Of a DNA stretch of 64,000 nt, positions 52,603 through 64,000 are shown piece by piece. The notes beneath the pieces were generated by a model. The model had not been told where the DNA came from and made no database searches. It was given only the letters and a program-made list of their open reading frames with translations. Each line of letters begins with the position of its first letter. The first letter of the stretch is position 1. The position numbers and the translations under genes were made by a program. The stretch is taken from the sequence record MK250028.1; one strand, given 5' to 3'.

Positions 52603-54606
52603 TCAAAGACCTGCAACATCTACACAGAATGTAAGATATTGTGTTTCTGGATAGAAACCAGCGTCTACAAGAGCATATCTTGATTTTATCATAAGCTTAG
52701 GACTCATTGTACCTTCTGCAATAATCTGAACTGATTCAGCCATTACATATGGACAGAAGTGAACACCTGGTTCATCCTTGCCACCCTTACGACCAACAAG
52801 TACACGGTTATCAGAACCACCCATAAGAGGGTCAACATAGATTGTCAAACCGAACATACCACCGATTGGATAAAGTGAACCGCCATTCTGAGAAATAGTG
52901 TTAGCAACAGGTGAGAATGTATAGTTAGCGTTACTCTGAAGGAGTGTAGCGATTGTGATGTTAGTTACAGCGAATGTAGCTGCACCATAACGACCTCTCT
53001 GAAGAATCCAGTTAGAAGCAGCCAAGAAGTTAACAGCAAGTCTCTTAAGAAGAGTATCACGGTTTTCGAAAGCTGCGCCAGAAGGAATATACATTGGCTT
53101 GTATGGAAGAGCAACATTTACATAGCTCTTATAAGCAACACCAGTTGCATCATTCATATCTGACTGAGGAATTGCAAGAGCAGGAGTCATACGAACACCA
53201 GAAGTTGCAGTATAAGAAGGATCGAAGCTAAGATTCAAGTTAGCTGCAGGACCTTCAACCTCAACAAGTTTGTAATGGTTCTTCCAACCAAGAGCGAACA
53301 AACGAGATGTGATGTGACGGTTAATAGTTGCAGAAAGCTCGTTGATACCAGCATTCTCTACCATCTTGATAACATCGATACCCCATTGTTTCTGAAGGTC
53401 TGTTACCTGTTCCTGTGTTACAGCGCAACCCACCATAATTGTACCAACCTGTACGTTCTTTGTGAACAACTGAAGTGAAAGTTGACGAGCCATTGTTTGC
53501 TCACCAGTACCACGACTCATTGGTTCATAAAGTGTTGTACCATCCTGATATGTACCATACCAAGCGTCACGATCACGCTCACCAGCACCTGTGAAACCTT
53601 GAATTTGATCCTCAAGCATTGAGATAAGACGAGGAGCGTGAAGTGTAAGAACTACATTTACTTCCTCAGAAGAACCAACTGGAGTATAAACTGCAGTAAA
53701 ATCAAGTGAACCACCATTGAAATATGCACCAAGTGACTGTGTACCAGAAACTACCTTGAACATAGGATCACCATCGATACGAGACCAACCAATGAACTCA
53801 ACTACAAGTTCGTTAGAAGCACCTACATGTGGATGAGAAGAATCGAAATCTACAAAATCAGATGCAGATACAAGTGTTGTACCAGCAGGCATTGCAGAAG
53901 CGCCCTTCAACATACGCTTAATCTGTGCAGGAGACAACTTAACAGCAGTAGAAGAATCTGTTGTAGAACCATCAGCAACAGTAGCCTCACCAGGAGCAAT
54001 AGAAGCCTTGAATGAATGAGGAAGACCATACATCTCGAAAGGAGCGTTAGTCTGAGAGTTAGCCTGAGGATTCTGTGTACGAGCTGAATAAGCAGGAGTA
54101 GCACCATAAGGTTGCTTTGAACCTGAATATACATAATCCATATAAGGAAGAACACCGGTAGGACCATCAAGTGGAGTTGTGTTTACAAGTTCGAAACCGA
54201 TAGTCTTAGCAGCGACCTTAAGAGCAAGAGGTAACAAAGTAGGATACTTGTCACCAGAACCAAGGTTCTTGTTATCAGCGTAGTCAGCGCCAGTCAAAGC
54301 AGGTTTGCCAGCAGGAACTGGATCACCAACACCGAGTGTATTATAAAGGTTGTTATATGGTTGATATGTACCACCGAACTGTGAATATGCGTTAGATGGC
54401 ATTACGAATGCATCCTCATTCAACTTTGCTGTATTATGTGCAAGCTGAGACATCCAAGCAAGTTTATCAGCATCTTCAACACCTGTGATTTTCTTAATAG
54501 TAGGTGCCCATGATTCATAGATAGCTTTGTCGCTATTCTTAGCAGTTGCACGATTTACATATGATTCGTAAGCCTATGCAACAGACTTATTACTTTTTAC
54601 TTTCAT
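52603..54606 (-). CDS. gp23: major capsid protein, T4 gp23-like (667 aa, one TAG at codon 11)
   Basis: QEQVTDLQKQWGID, INELSATINRHI, FCPYV...KSRYAL; frame extends 51 codons upstream of the track start through TAG 54574-54576 to ATG 54606; higher GC and strong codon bias. Confidence 0.92.
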
Positions 54607-55040
54607 ATTAAAATTTTGTTTATTAATTTTTTGTTAAATTTTATATTGAATTTCTTAAAATATTTATCTAAGTTATTTTTATTAATATTTACGTTTTAAT
54701 TTGATAATTTAATAACTTATAATATTTATTCAATATAATAATGGATATAAAATAAAAATATCCGTATTAAAGTTTAACTCAGATTACTTTTTACAAATTA
54801 TTTATATAATTAAATCACTATATTAAAATTTTGATTTATATATAATTACACTTTTTGTTTTCTAAGTATACTTTATTAAAATCTGTTCTTTAAATATAAC
54901 CATTTTAATTTGGTATGGTTAATTCAGTAGAATTGATTATTATAATTAATTTATTAAGTATTCTGTTATTTAAATTATTTATCTAATTATTTATCTATAT
55001 TAAATTTAGTTAAAATTAAATTTAGTATATTTTAATTAGA

Positions 55041-55313
55041 TTATTTATTATTTTGTGTTTGCTGTTTTTCTTCTTGTTTCAACATATTATATGCTTTCAT
55101 AAATTCTATAGTATCATTAGAAAGCTTTGTATTTAACTTTTGATGTATATCTTTTACTTCTACACGTATATCATCTATAGAATCACGCATAGCAGGTTTA
55201 GTTATACAAATATCCCAAATAATAGATCCCAATACAAATATAATAATTAGGATAGAACCTATACAACTAAATGAATTATAACATTTTTGAGTTGTCTAAT
55301 TAGCATTTATCAT
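55041..55313 (-). CDS. TAG-recoded single-TM coiled-coil protein (90 aa, 1 TAG)
   Basis: ATG 55313, TAG at codon 6, TM IGSILIIFVLGSIIWDICI. Confidence 0.65.
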
Positions 55314-55371
55314 TTTTCATTAAAGTTATTATTTTTAATATATTTTCTCCCACTGTAATAACTTCTTTTAA

Positions 55372-55896
55372 TTATTTATCTTCTATTTTTAAAGTATCTT
55401 CTATTGCTTTATATTTTGTTAACTTATTGCATTTATCTAATGCTTTTTTATATTTTTCAGTAAAGAACTTATATGTATAATCATTTCGTTCTTTCATTGA
55501 ATATAAATCTTGAAGAATAGGATCATTTGGGTGATTCTATGAAATAAATCTATACATTAAATCAATTTCAAGCTATGTTGTATTATAAGCATGATGTAAT
55601 ACTTCTTCTTCAATATTTATTACATCTAAAATATAATATATATCATCTGCATAATCATCTTTTGTTACTGCAGTATTTACTATTTCATTTAAATCTTTAA
55701 CTTCTGTATGTAATTCTTGGATTTCATTATTATATATTTTTGAATAACTAAAATATATAACACCCAATAAAATAACAATACCCAATAAATTTCTTAATAC
55801 TTTAGGAATTTTAAATAAGGAATCAATGAATTCTTTTATTGCTTCTTGATCCCCTACTTTCTTAAAAAAATAGGATAAAATCTAAAATATATACAT
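55372..55896 (-). CDS. TAG-recoded single-TM helical protein (174 aa, 3 TAG)
   Basis: Manual translation ATG 55896 to TAA 55372; TM LLGIVILLGVIYFSY. Confidence 0.7.
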
Positions 55897-55954
55897 TTGT
55901 ATTTTTAAGTAATTAATATTATTTTAATATTTATTTCGATAGATATGTATAAAA

Positions 55955-55997
55955 AGAAAAGGGATATAAACGTAGAAGTTGAACGTTTATATCCCTT
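55955..55997 (-). terminator. intrinsic terminator
   Basis: AAAAGGGATATAAACG...CGTTTATATCCCTT downstream of the DUF2828-like gene. Confidence 0.7.
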
Positions 55998-56024
55998 AAT
56001 ATATATTAGCGCTTTTAAAATAGG

Positions 56025-57380
56025 TTATTTATTTATCGCAACTGAATACTCATCAATAAGAGCATCCAAAAACTTTTGTCCATTAAATCCAACCTTAAGA
56101 AACTTAAGTAACATTGGTGAATATCCAGACATATAAATATTTCCATAATTATCTGTTTCTGGTACTGTAGTATTTCTTGAATTAAAATTCCACCAAACAA
56201 TATGAGTATTCATATTATTCTTTTTAAAAATATCCATCATCTCATCTTTTGTTTGATTACTACCACAATCCATTTCCATATCAGATAATACAATAATCCA
56301 TTCTGGTGCATTCTCTTTATCAAGATTCTTCAATGCTTCACATACAGCAGCAAAATCTGTATTTGAACAATCACCTGTATACATAGATTGAATCTCTCTC
56401 ATATATTGTGAAGTTTCCGTAATCTTCTGTGTTTTTGTAACAGAAGTTCTCCAATAATATTCTTGATATGTATTTTCAATACCAAGTTTCAATAACTGCG
56501 GATGACTTGAAAAACTCAATACAGTATCAGGTGCATAAGATGAACATTTAGCAAGATAATGACCTACTGCATAAGCCTTACCCATACTATCATTAGAATC
56601 ATGCATAGATCCTGATGTATCTACTACTGGAATCCAACTTCCTGAAATCTTTTCAATTTTACTAAAGAAAAGATCTGGATCAATCTTCTCACGATTCTTG
56701 TAAATATCATATACATTAGTAGTAGAAATCTTCAATTCTGCTTTACCAGAGCGTACATCTTCCTGATATTTAGCAAATCTTTCCTTTGTATCGTCACCTG
56801 TTGCAAAACGGTTAAAATACTTAATCATCGCAAGTGAAGGCACTTGTTCAAACTTAATAGCTTCTGTATTATGTCTTGAAAGTTTCTGCTCTGTTGTATC
56901 AGATTTAATGAAATGTCCATATGTCTGTTTATTCATTCTAAACTGCTTTGCAATCTTACGAGCAAGCATAAGGTTCTTAGATGAATATCGTGGCATCCAC
57001 TTCTTACAAAGTTCATTACCATTACGAATTTCCTTATACAAATATTCACACATATTTGCAAAGGCGTCATCTGGCATAGTCTCCCAACCAATAAACAAGT
57101 CATCATATCGACCAGCTTTAACAACCATATCTGGTGTTACATCAGTCATCAACATAAGTCTGCGTCCAAGTTCACGTCTACCCAAACCAAATCTAGGATC
57201 TCGCATCATCATAGCAAACAGTTTCTCTCTATCTGATTTTCCAATCATAGGAATCTCATCAAGATGCTTACTATAATACTCAGACATAAACAAAATATCC
57301 AACATAGGATTCATTGTTGTACTATATGCCTTGTCACCATTCTCTGTAGTCTTTAATGCAAAAATCTCTTCAAGTTTCAT
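56025..57380 (-). CDS. DUF2828/TROVE(Ro60)-like protein with a C-terminal vWA domain (451 aa)
   Basis: TTENGDKAYSTT, RDPRFGLGRRE, CKKWMPR, VPSLAM, PVVDTSGSM (MIDAS), LSDME, VWWN; start at ATG 57380. Confidence 0.8.
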   Translation of the reverse strand: MKLEEIFALKTTENGDKAYSTTMNPMLDILFMSEYYSKHLDEIPMIGKSDREKLFAMMMRDPRFGLGRRELGRRLMLMTDVTPDMVVKAGRYDDLFIGWETMPDDAFANMCEYLYKEIRNGNELCKKWMPRYSSKNLMLARKIAKQFRMNKQTYGHFIKSDTTEQKLSRHNTEAIKFEQVPSLAMIKYFNRFATGDDTKERFAKYQEDVRSGKAELKISTTNVYDIYKNREKIDPDLFFSKIEKISGSWIPVVDTSGSMHDSNDSMGKAYAVGHYLAKCSSYAPDTVLSFSSHPQLLKLGIENTYQEYYWRTSVTKTQKITETSQYMREIQSMYTGDCSNTDFAAVCEALKNLDKENAPEWIIVLSDMEMDCGSNQTKDEMMDIFKKNNMNTHIVWWNFNSRNTTVPETDNYGNIYMSGYSPMLLKFLKVGFNGQKFLDALIDEYSVAINK

Positions 57381-57406
57381 AAAATTATTCGTTTTAATTT
57401 TGTTAT

Positions 57407-57560
57407 TCAAAAGTCATTAATTTAATTAATTATCCAAAAATTATTAAAATAAAAAGTTGCGGTATTAACTTTCATATTAATAACAAAAATTCAAGAGTCT
57501 TGTTGTTACCTATCAATCATAAAATATAGTATAATAAAATAGTTTGCTGTATTGACTCTC
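57407..57560 (-). repeat. two tandem stem-loop repeats with an ATAC(A/C)GCAA core
   Basis: GAGAGTC-AATACAGCAAAC...GACTCTTGA (57560-57491) and GAAAGTTA-ATACCGCAAC...TGACTTTTGA (57473-57407). Confidence 0.6.
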
Positions 57561-57606
57561 ATTATTATGTATATAATGATAAATTAAAAATGTCTATTAT
57601 CTATCA

Positions 57607-58152
57607 TTATTTTTTCTTTATTAAATGTCCATGTGATATACACCACATCATTAAATCATATATGAGCGTTATAAGTTCATCTCCTTCTAGTACAGGATCT
57701 TTAAACTCATATTTCTTTAATTTTATATGTTTATATATACCTTTTGTCTCTAATGGTTTATACATTACTTTATACATATAATCAATATCATTGTTTGTAT
57801 CTTTTCTTTTAATTATATGTAATTTTAATGCATGATAATTTTTTGTTGTTTCTACATTAACAGCATTATATTCATTATCACAATATATAGTAGATGGTAA
57901 TAATTCTATTAGTTGGTCTAATGTAAAACTTTTATAAGACATCTTTGCACTTAACCTATAATTACCATTACTGAATCTTAATTCATTATAAGAACTTGTA
58001 TTTGCATTATCTAATATTATATCAAATTCATATGGTGAATTTGTTCCACATGTATATTGGTAATAAAGGTGAACATGCTTATATTTCGGCATATACCCAC
58101 CATATATTTCATTTAATTTTACTTGTTCATCTGCTAATAACCAATTTCTCAT
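57607..58152 (-). CDS. hypothetical protein (181 aa)
   Basis: ORF track. Confidence 0.7.
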   Translation of the reverse strand: MRNWLLADEQVKLNEIYGGYMPKYKHVHLYYQYTCGTNSPYEFDIILDNANTSSYNELRFSNGNYRLSAKMSYKSFTLDQLIELLPSTIYCDNEYNAVNVETTKNYHALKLHIIKRKDTNNDIDYMYKVMYKPLETKGIYKHIKLKKYEFKDPVLEGDELITLIYDLMMWCISHGHLIKKK

Positions 58153-58171
58153 ATCTTAAAAATTATTAAAA

Positions 58172-58216
58172 TAAAAAGAGTAGATAAATGATTTATTATC
58201 AAATACCTACTCTTTA
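58172..58216 (-). terminator. intrinsic terminator
   Basis: AAAAAGAGTAG...CTACTCTTTTA hairpin downstream of the giant gene. Confidence 0.6.
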
Positions 58217-58251
58217 TATTATTTAGAATATAATTAAAAGTCTAGTTTAAA

Positions 58252-61200
58252 TTAAACTAAAATTCTTATTGCATGCTTTGGTAACTATGTTAATTTACCG
58301 CCTACTGTACAATCAACTAATCCTGTATCATCTGTTGTATCAACATATGATTTTGGATTAACTTTTATTTTACGTAATGGTTCATCATTTTCTGAAGCAA
58401 TAACAGCATTTATCCAATCTTCAACAGGAATGTCTATATTATCCTTATGCCATGTTTCTTCATTACCATCAACATAAACTCTTACATCATCTACACCTTC
58501 TAGAATATCTTTAAGATTTGCCTTGAATCTTTTACCATTTAATGTATTAGTTAAAACTTGTGAGTCTACAACTATATTGCATTCAACAGTTTTACCATTC
58601 AAATCATTCATCTTTTCTGCTTTAGGATTTTCTGGTGTTTTATTCAAGTTATTCTTATCAAATTCAAATTGATCTGGCGTATTGTCAATATCTTTGAATT
58701 GAGAAGGATCTGGTTTAATCTCATTTGAAGTTACATCAATAGTTTTACCATTTTTTGTAATCTTCAACTTTTGTTTATCACCAGTTTCTTCTTCAACTGC
58801 ATATACAGTCCATGGTTCATTCTTATAAAGAATCTTATCATTTACCTCATATTCAATAATTGCGCCTTCCTCTAAGAAAGGATTTTTCTTTTGTTTTTCA
58901 GTTACAAGATTAACATTAGGAAGTTTTGGTTTCACTGCTTCATTTTCATCCTGTTGTGGATCTAATGCTCCAACTAAACCGTCTTTCTTTTGTTTATCTT
59001 CGATTTCCTATTTAAAATCGTTATCTTCTTGCGTACCATATTTAGCATCATTTGCAGCTTTTGAATTATCAAGATCATTATCAGCGTCAACCTTTGTTGA
59101 ACGTTTAATCTTACAATTCTCATTTATATACTTATTATTAGCGTCATATGATTTCCCTGTTAATGCGCTGAATATAGAAGAAACAACAAACATACAATCA
59201 TCAGTATCAGTTATATTATAAGATGTAAGTTGTTCACCCTTATCTGAATAATCAACTTTTAAAGACTCTATTGTTTGTCCAGGAACTTCATCTTTGAAAT
59301 CTTCTAATATTTGATAAAATTCTTTTGCATCCCTGTAATAAATATCTGCACCAATTTGATATATTGCATATGATTCAGAATCACCATCATACTCTTCTGA
59401 TATTACGAAATACTTTACAGTATCTGAATCTTCACCATAAGAATCAATATCTGTAACAATTATATTATGTTCATCATTAATTGCTTTTTCTGCAGACTTT
59501 ATTGCTTTATCATGCATTTTACCTAATGTATCAAAATCTGTTTCTTCATTATAATCTTCTATTGGATCATTACCTTTAGAATCGGATGTAGAAATCTCGT
59601 TTGTGGTACTTCCATCAATTATCTCTTCTGTGAGAGGAGTACCTTTCTAATCCTTTGATTTAGAAGCCTTGATGGTAGCTTCATTTAAGAAAAAACTTTT
59701 ACCTGCTTTATTTTTGAATACAGGTGTAATCTTGATAGATTTATGTTCTTTTAAAGGTTTCTTATCAGTTTTTACTACTTTCTTTTCTGGTATCTCTGTA
59801 CCATCAGCGGAAGGTGCTGGTAATTCAATCTCAGTATTACCTGATTTATATGTTGGAATAATTACATCTTCATCGTCTGAATCTTCATCGTCTGAATCAG
59901 CATCATCTACTTCCTTCATATTAAAACCAAAAGTATCATCGTCATCAGAATCATCTTCATTTGATTCTTCATCATCTTCCATTTTACTTAAAGGATAATC
60001 CCACTCCCAATCATCATCGTCATCATCAGAATCAAGTTTCTGTGAAAATACATCACGGTCTTCATCATTACCGTCTCTTAAATATGCATCTTCCCAATCT
60101 TCATCATTGTCATCATCTGAACCACGTAAAGCGGCAATTGTTGGACCAACTTCCTCATTTGCAGGTTCAGCAGTATCACAAATAGATGTATAATCAGGAT
60201 GTCCCTTAATTGCGTCGATAACAGCGGCATAAAGTTCATTAGTCATAGGTTCGTTATCAAGAATAGGATTATTGTTATCATCAAGATAGAATTCTATAGT
60301 CTTGTTCTCTACATACTTCTTACCTGTGCCATCAATCATAGGAACGATTACGATAACAGAACCTGATTTTTCTTTCTTACCTTCCTTAACATTCTCATCA
60401 AACATTACATCTGCAATCTTATAAGAGAATTTAGGTTGGTATGCATCTTCTTTTTCTTCTTCCTCTGTTTTAGGTGTATTCTCTGGATTTTCTTCAACAT
60501 CCGTATTTGTTCCAAGAGGATCTTCTGTATCGCCACCAAATACATCTGTAGCTTCGTCACCTGGTTCAGCAACTTCATCATCAGACGTTTCATCATCTGT
60601 ACCCATATCAACAGTTGTCATACCTGTATTTTCAGGTTCATCCTCATCAGAAGTGTCACCAATAGTATCATCTTCAGAATTCATTTCATCATTATCTTCA
60701 TCAGAAATTGTATCATCTTCTGTTTCTTCTGGTTCGAAAATATCGTCATCGTCCTCTGAATCAATTGAAGAATTATTATCGTCATCGAAACTTACTTCCT
60801 TAAATGCTTCTTCATCATCTTGATCATTATCATCATCAGAAGTAAACATATCTTCATCTGAATCTTCATCATCTGAATCCTCAAAATCTGGTTCATCTTC
60901 TGTTTCATCATTATCAGCATCTATTGCATCGGCGGCAGCATCATCAAAACCAGTACCATCTTCCTCAGAATCTTCATCATCAGAATCACTACCTAAGAAC
61001 TTAGCGAATTCATCATCAGATACTCTATCATCAGATTCATCAGACTCTTCATCACTAAAGTTATCAGTTGCTTCAGAATCTCCATTTTCTCCACTTAACG
61101 GTTGTGAAAGTTCATCTTTATTTGCGTCAACTTCATCATCAGACATTGGTTCATTTGGTTTTTCCTTAGTTACAGAACCATCATTTGTATCATCATCTGT

Positions 61201-63300
61201 ATCTTCTGTATCCGCTTCTGAATCAGTATCTTCATCATCTGAATGATCTTCGCCTGTTGCATCATCTGCTTGTTTTTGCCATTCTTTATATTCAGCTTTA
61301 ATATCATCAAGTTTCTCTTCTGCGTCAGAAATAGCTTTCTCAAGTTTCTCTTTATTTTCATCAGAAGCAGACTCAAGAGCCTTATTAAGTTTATCAATCA
61401 TATCTTCATATTTCTCGATAGAATCTTCATATTGATTCTTTGTCTCATTAAGTTTAAGAATGATCTTATCTTGAGATGGAAGCAAATCACTAAACAATGA
61501 AGATACGTTAATACCCATATGTTCATTCAACTTATTCTTACAGAAAATAGGATTTACATTTCTATAGAATGTATGTTGTCCAATAGCATCGTTATGAGTT
61601 GCAATGAAAATATTTTGGTCAAGTCTAAACAAATCTGCATTAATATTATTATTCTCATTAAGAGTTACATGCTTTGCCCAATCAATCTTTGCGATATTAT
61701 TAAAGTTCTCCAAAAGGCATGAACACATAATATAGAAGTTTGTATCGTAATCATCATACTTCATGCACATTTCTCTAAGATTACGAAGTGACTCTCTTGA
61801 CTCCTTATGTCCATAAAGGTCTACATAGCCTTCATAAATCGTAGCATACTTATCATTACCATGAAGAATAATATTATCCTCATTAATCTCTACATGTGGA
61901 TCATTTACAAGTCTACAAAGTTCAACAAATCTCTCATCAAGTTCATCTACATACTTCTCATCAAGAACTGTAATGTTATTTCCTTTCTTTACATAGAATT
62001 GACCATTAACATTGAAAATTGCTTCATTTTCCTTAACATATTGTACTGGTGTATAAATGTTAGAAACTGTAGCGTTCTCTCTAATAATATTAATTTGGTC
62101 CTTAATATTCAATGCTTTCTCTGTAAGTTCATTAGCTCTACGTGAGTTATCAGAATAAATAACATTGAACATTTCGTTAATATATGGATCAGAAGCATAT
62201 GGCATTAAAGCATTACGTAACTGAACTCTATTAATTGCATTTGGCTCCTTTACATAACGTGCAACATCTTCTTGAATAAGATCTACATAAATGAATGAAG
62301 AATGATCATCCTTCATTTCCTCCAAAATCTTAGTAAGTGTGATTTCCTCTCGTTTTGAATCTACTTTCTCGACAATAGATTTCATTGCCTTACTAACAGG
62401 AAGAAGATAATTAAACTTAGATACGTTCTGAAGGAAAGTCTCATAAAGTCTCTCTTCATATGCACCTTGATTAATTGCGTTTGAATAAAGATTAATAACC
62501 TCCATAAGACGTTGGTTGGAAGAAGCGTCTGAATGACGGATATTATTAATATGTTCGGAAAGATTAATACCTTGATTATTAGCAATAGCATTCAAACAGT
62601 AATTTTCTTTTTCTGTTAACTTTGCTTTTTCATCTTCATCAAGTTTTTCATCGATATAACGTTGGACCTTTGAGAAAATTTGGTCCATTGTTTTCTTATC
62701 ACGTTTTTCCTGAAGCTTCTTCTCAAAATCTCTTTGTTCTGATTCATTTACATAATCTGCATGAATAAAATTAGCGGACATTGAAGATTCTTCTGTAATA
62801 AGAATATTTAATTTTGTAGCAATAGGATTTCCTTCTTCTACAAGCGGTGACAATACATCTACCAATGTATCCTTTGTTTCCTGACATTTATTTGCTACAT
62901 ATTGATTATAAGCATACTTAACCTCATCCTTTATATAAGGATCATTAAGTTGTTCAATAAGTTGATAACCTACAAGATTAGCACCATCTGTTGCTAAGGT
63001 ATTGTTCATCTGCTCAATAACAGATTTAACAGACTTATTGCCTTTTGCATATTTAGTAAGTCCTTGTCCGAACTGTTCAAAAAGCATAAAGTCCTATGCA
63101 CCATTAGAAAGTGCGTTATTATATTCAACCAAATAGTTCATCAAATCGGGGTTCTTATGACCTTCTTCGATAAGACCATTCACATATCTATGAATATTGA
63201 ACTTAGTAGTGCCATCAAAGTTTTCTGTATCTCTATTAAAACTTTCTTGAATAATATTACGAACACCTGCTAAAAGCTCGTCTTTATTTAATTTTCCCAT
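58252..63300 (-). CDS. TAG-recoded giant acidic protein, candidate prohead core/scaffold (1682 aa, 4 TAG)
   Basis: Track fragments 63094..63300, 59647..63087, 59008..59517 and 58285..58935 share one frame, separated by TAG; long Asp/Glu-rich linker; same strand as and upstream of MCP. Confidence 0.8.
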
Positions 63301-63369
63301 TAAGTTTAAATATTATTTTATTTTTATTATTTATTTATGTAAAAAATAAGCATATTTCACAAAATATGC

Positions 63370-63999
63370 TTAAACTATTAATATAGAATCACTTATGCAT
63401 TTATTCTCTGTATTATAATGATCTCTTAATATTAATTTAACTTGTTTTGTATTTACTTCTCTTGGATATACGAAACATTTGAATTCAATAGGATTTGTTT
63501 CATCTATCATGAAATTCTTAAGATTAAGTTTCGCTGGAATTTCTTTTACCTATCCTTTATTATCTTCATATGATATTATACAATCAACTTGCGAATTTGC
63601 CGTAATAAAATATCCTTTATTTAATACATATACAGTCGATTCATCTACTATACGAGTTTCTGGATCCGGATACATATAGATTTCAGGATTTGTATATACT
63701 GTACATTCTTCTGTATTAGGTACGAGAATATCTATACGTGAGGGATTATCTATAAAATCTGTTGGTATTTTCCAATGATAGAAATTATGGTTATCTACTG
63801 AATCCAATACGAACTATTCGCCTTTTTCATCTTCATATAGAATATCAACTTGAAGAAGATCTCTATCTTGATATGAATATTTCCATTCAACTAAAAGGTC
63901 CTAACCTGATACCAATATCATATCTTCAAAATCTGTTACCCAATGTAATGGCCCTGTTACTTTTTCTGGATGATTTCTATTTACCCATATAGCATAACC
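63370..63999 (-). CDS. TAG-recoded hypothetical (probably structural) protein, 5'-truncated by the window edge
   Basis: Open frame from the window edge to TAA 63370 with 3 TAG (63550, about 63814, about 63901). Confidence 0.65.
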
Positions 64000-64000
64000 A

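Noticed and set aside
59860-61260. TCATCA-rich tract as a DNA repeat element
   Set aside because: It is the reverse complement of GAT/GAA codons of the acidic linker, not a separate repeat.
59669-63273. Numerous plus-strand ORFs opposite the giant acidic gene (and similar shadows over topoisomerase, TBDR, MCP and MTase genes)
   Set aside because: Antisense or off-frame shadows with biased Ser/Ile/Phe composition and no independent signals.
1-64000. CRISPR array
   Set aside because: No run of equal-length direct repeats with unique spacers was seen.

Overview
AT-rich segment of a jumbo/megaphage genome with T4-like core genes (two type II topoisomerase subunits, gp23-like major capsid protein). 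It most resembles the Prevotella-infecting Lak-type phages; this is an inference, not a database match. TAG is reassigned to Gln (code 15): many ORF-track fragments join into long genes when TAG is read through, and no clearly supported gene ends in TAG. TAG-free genes tend to follow Bacteroidota-type TAnnTTTG promoters, while TAG-containing structural/late genes tend to follow ATAAATA motifs. Cargo includes FolD, two PRTases, a radical SAM protein, a TonB-dependent receptor, NadR+PnuC, a 1.4 kb structured-RNA island, a DUF2828/Ro60-like protein with upstream repeats, homing-type endonucleases and DNA methyltransferases. The strongest candidate new system is an invertible specificity cassette in a DNA methyltransferase gene: two alternative C-terminal domains lie tail-to-tail between perfect 76-bp inverted repeats (43703-43778 and 44927-45002). 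All family assignments come from motif recognition by eye; no searches were run.
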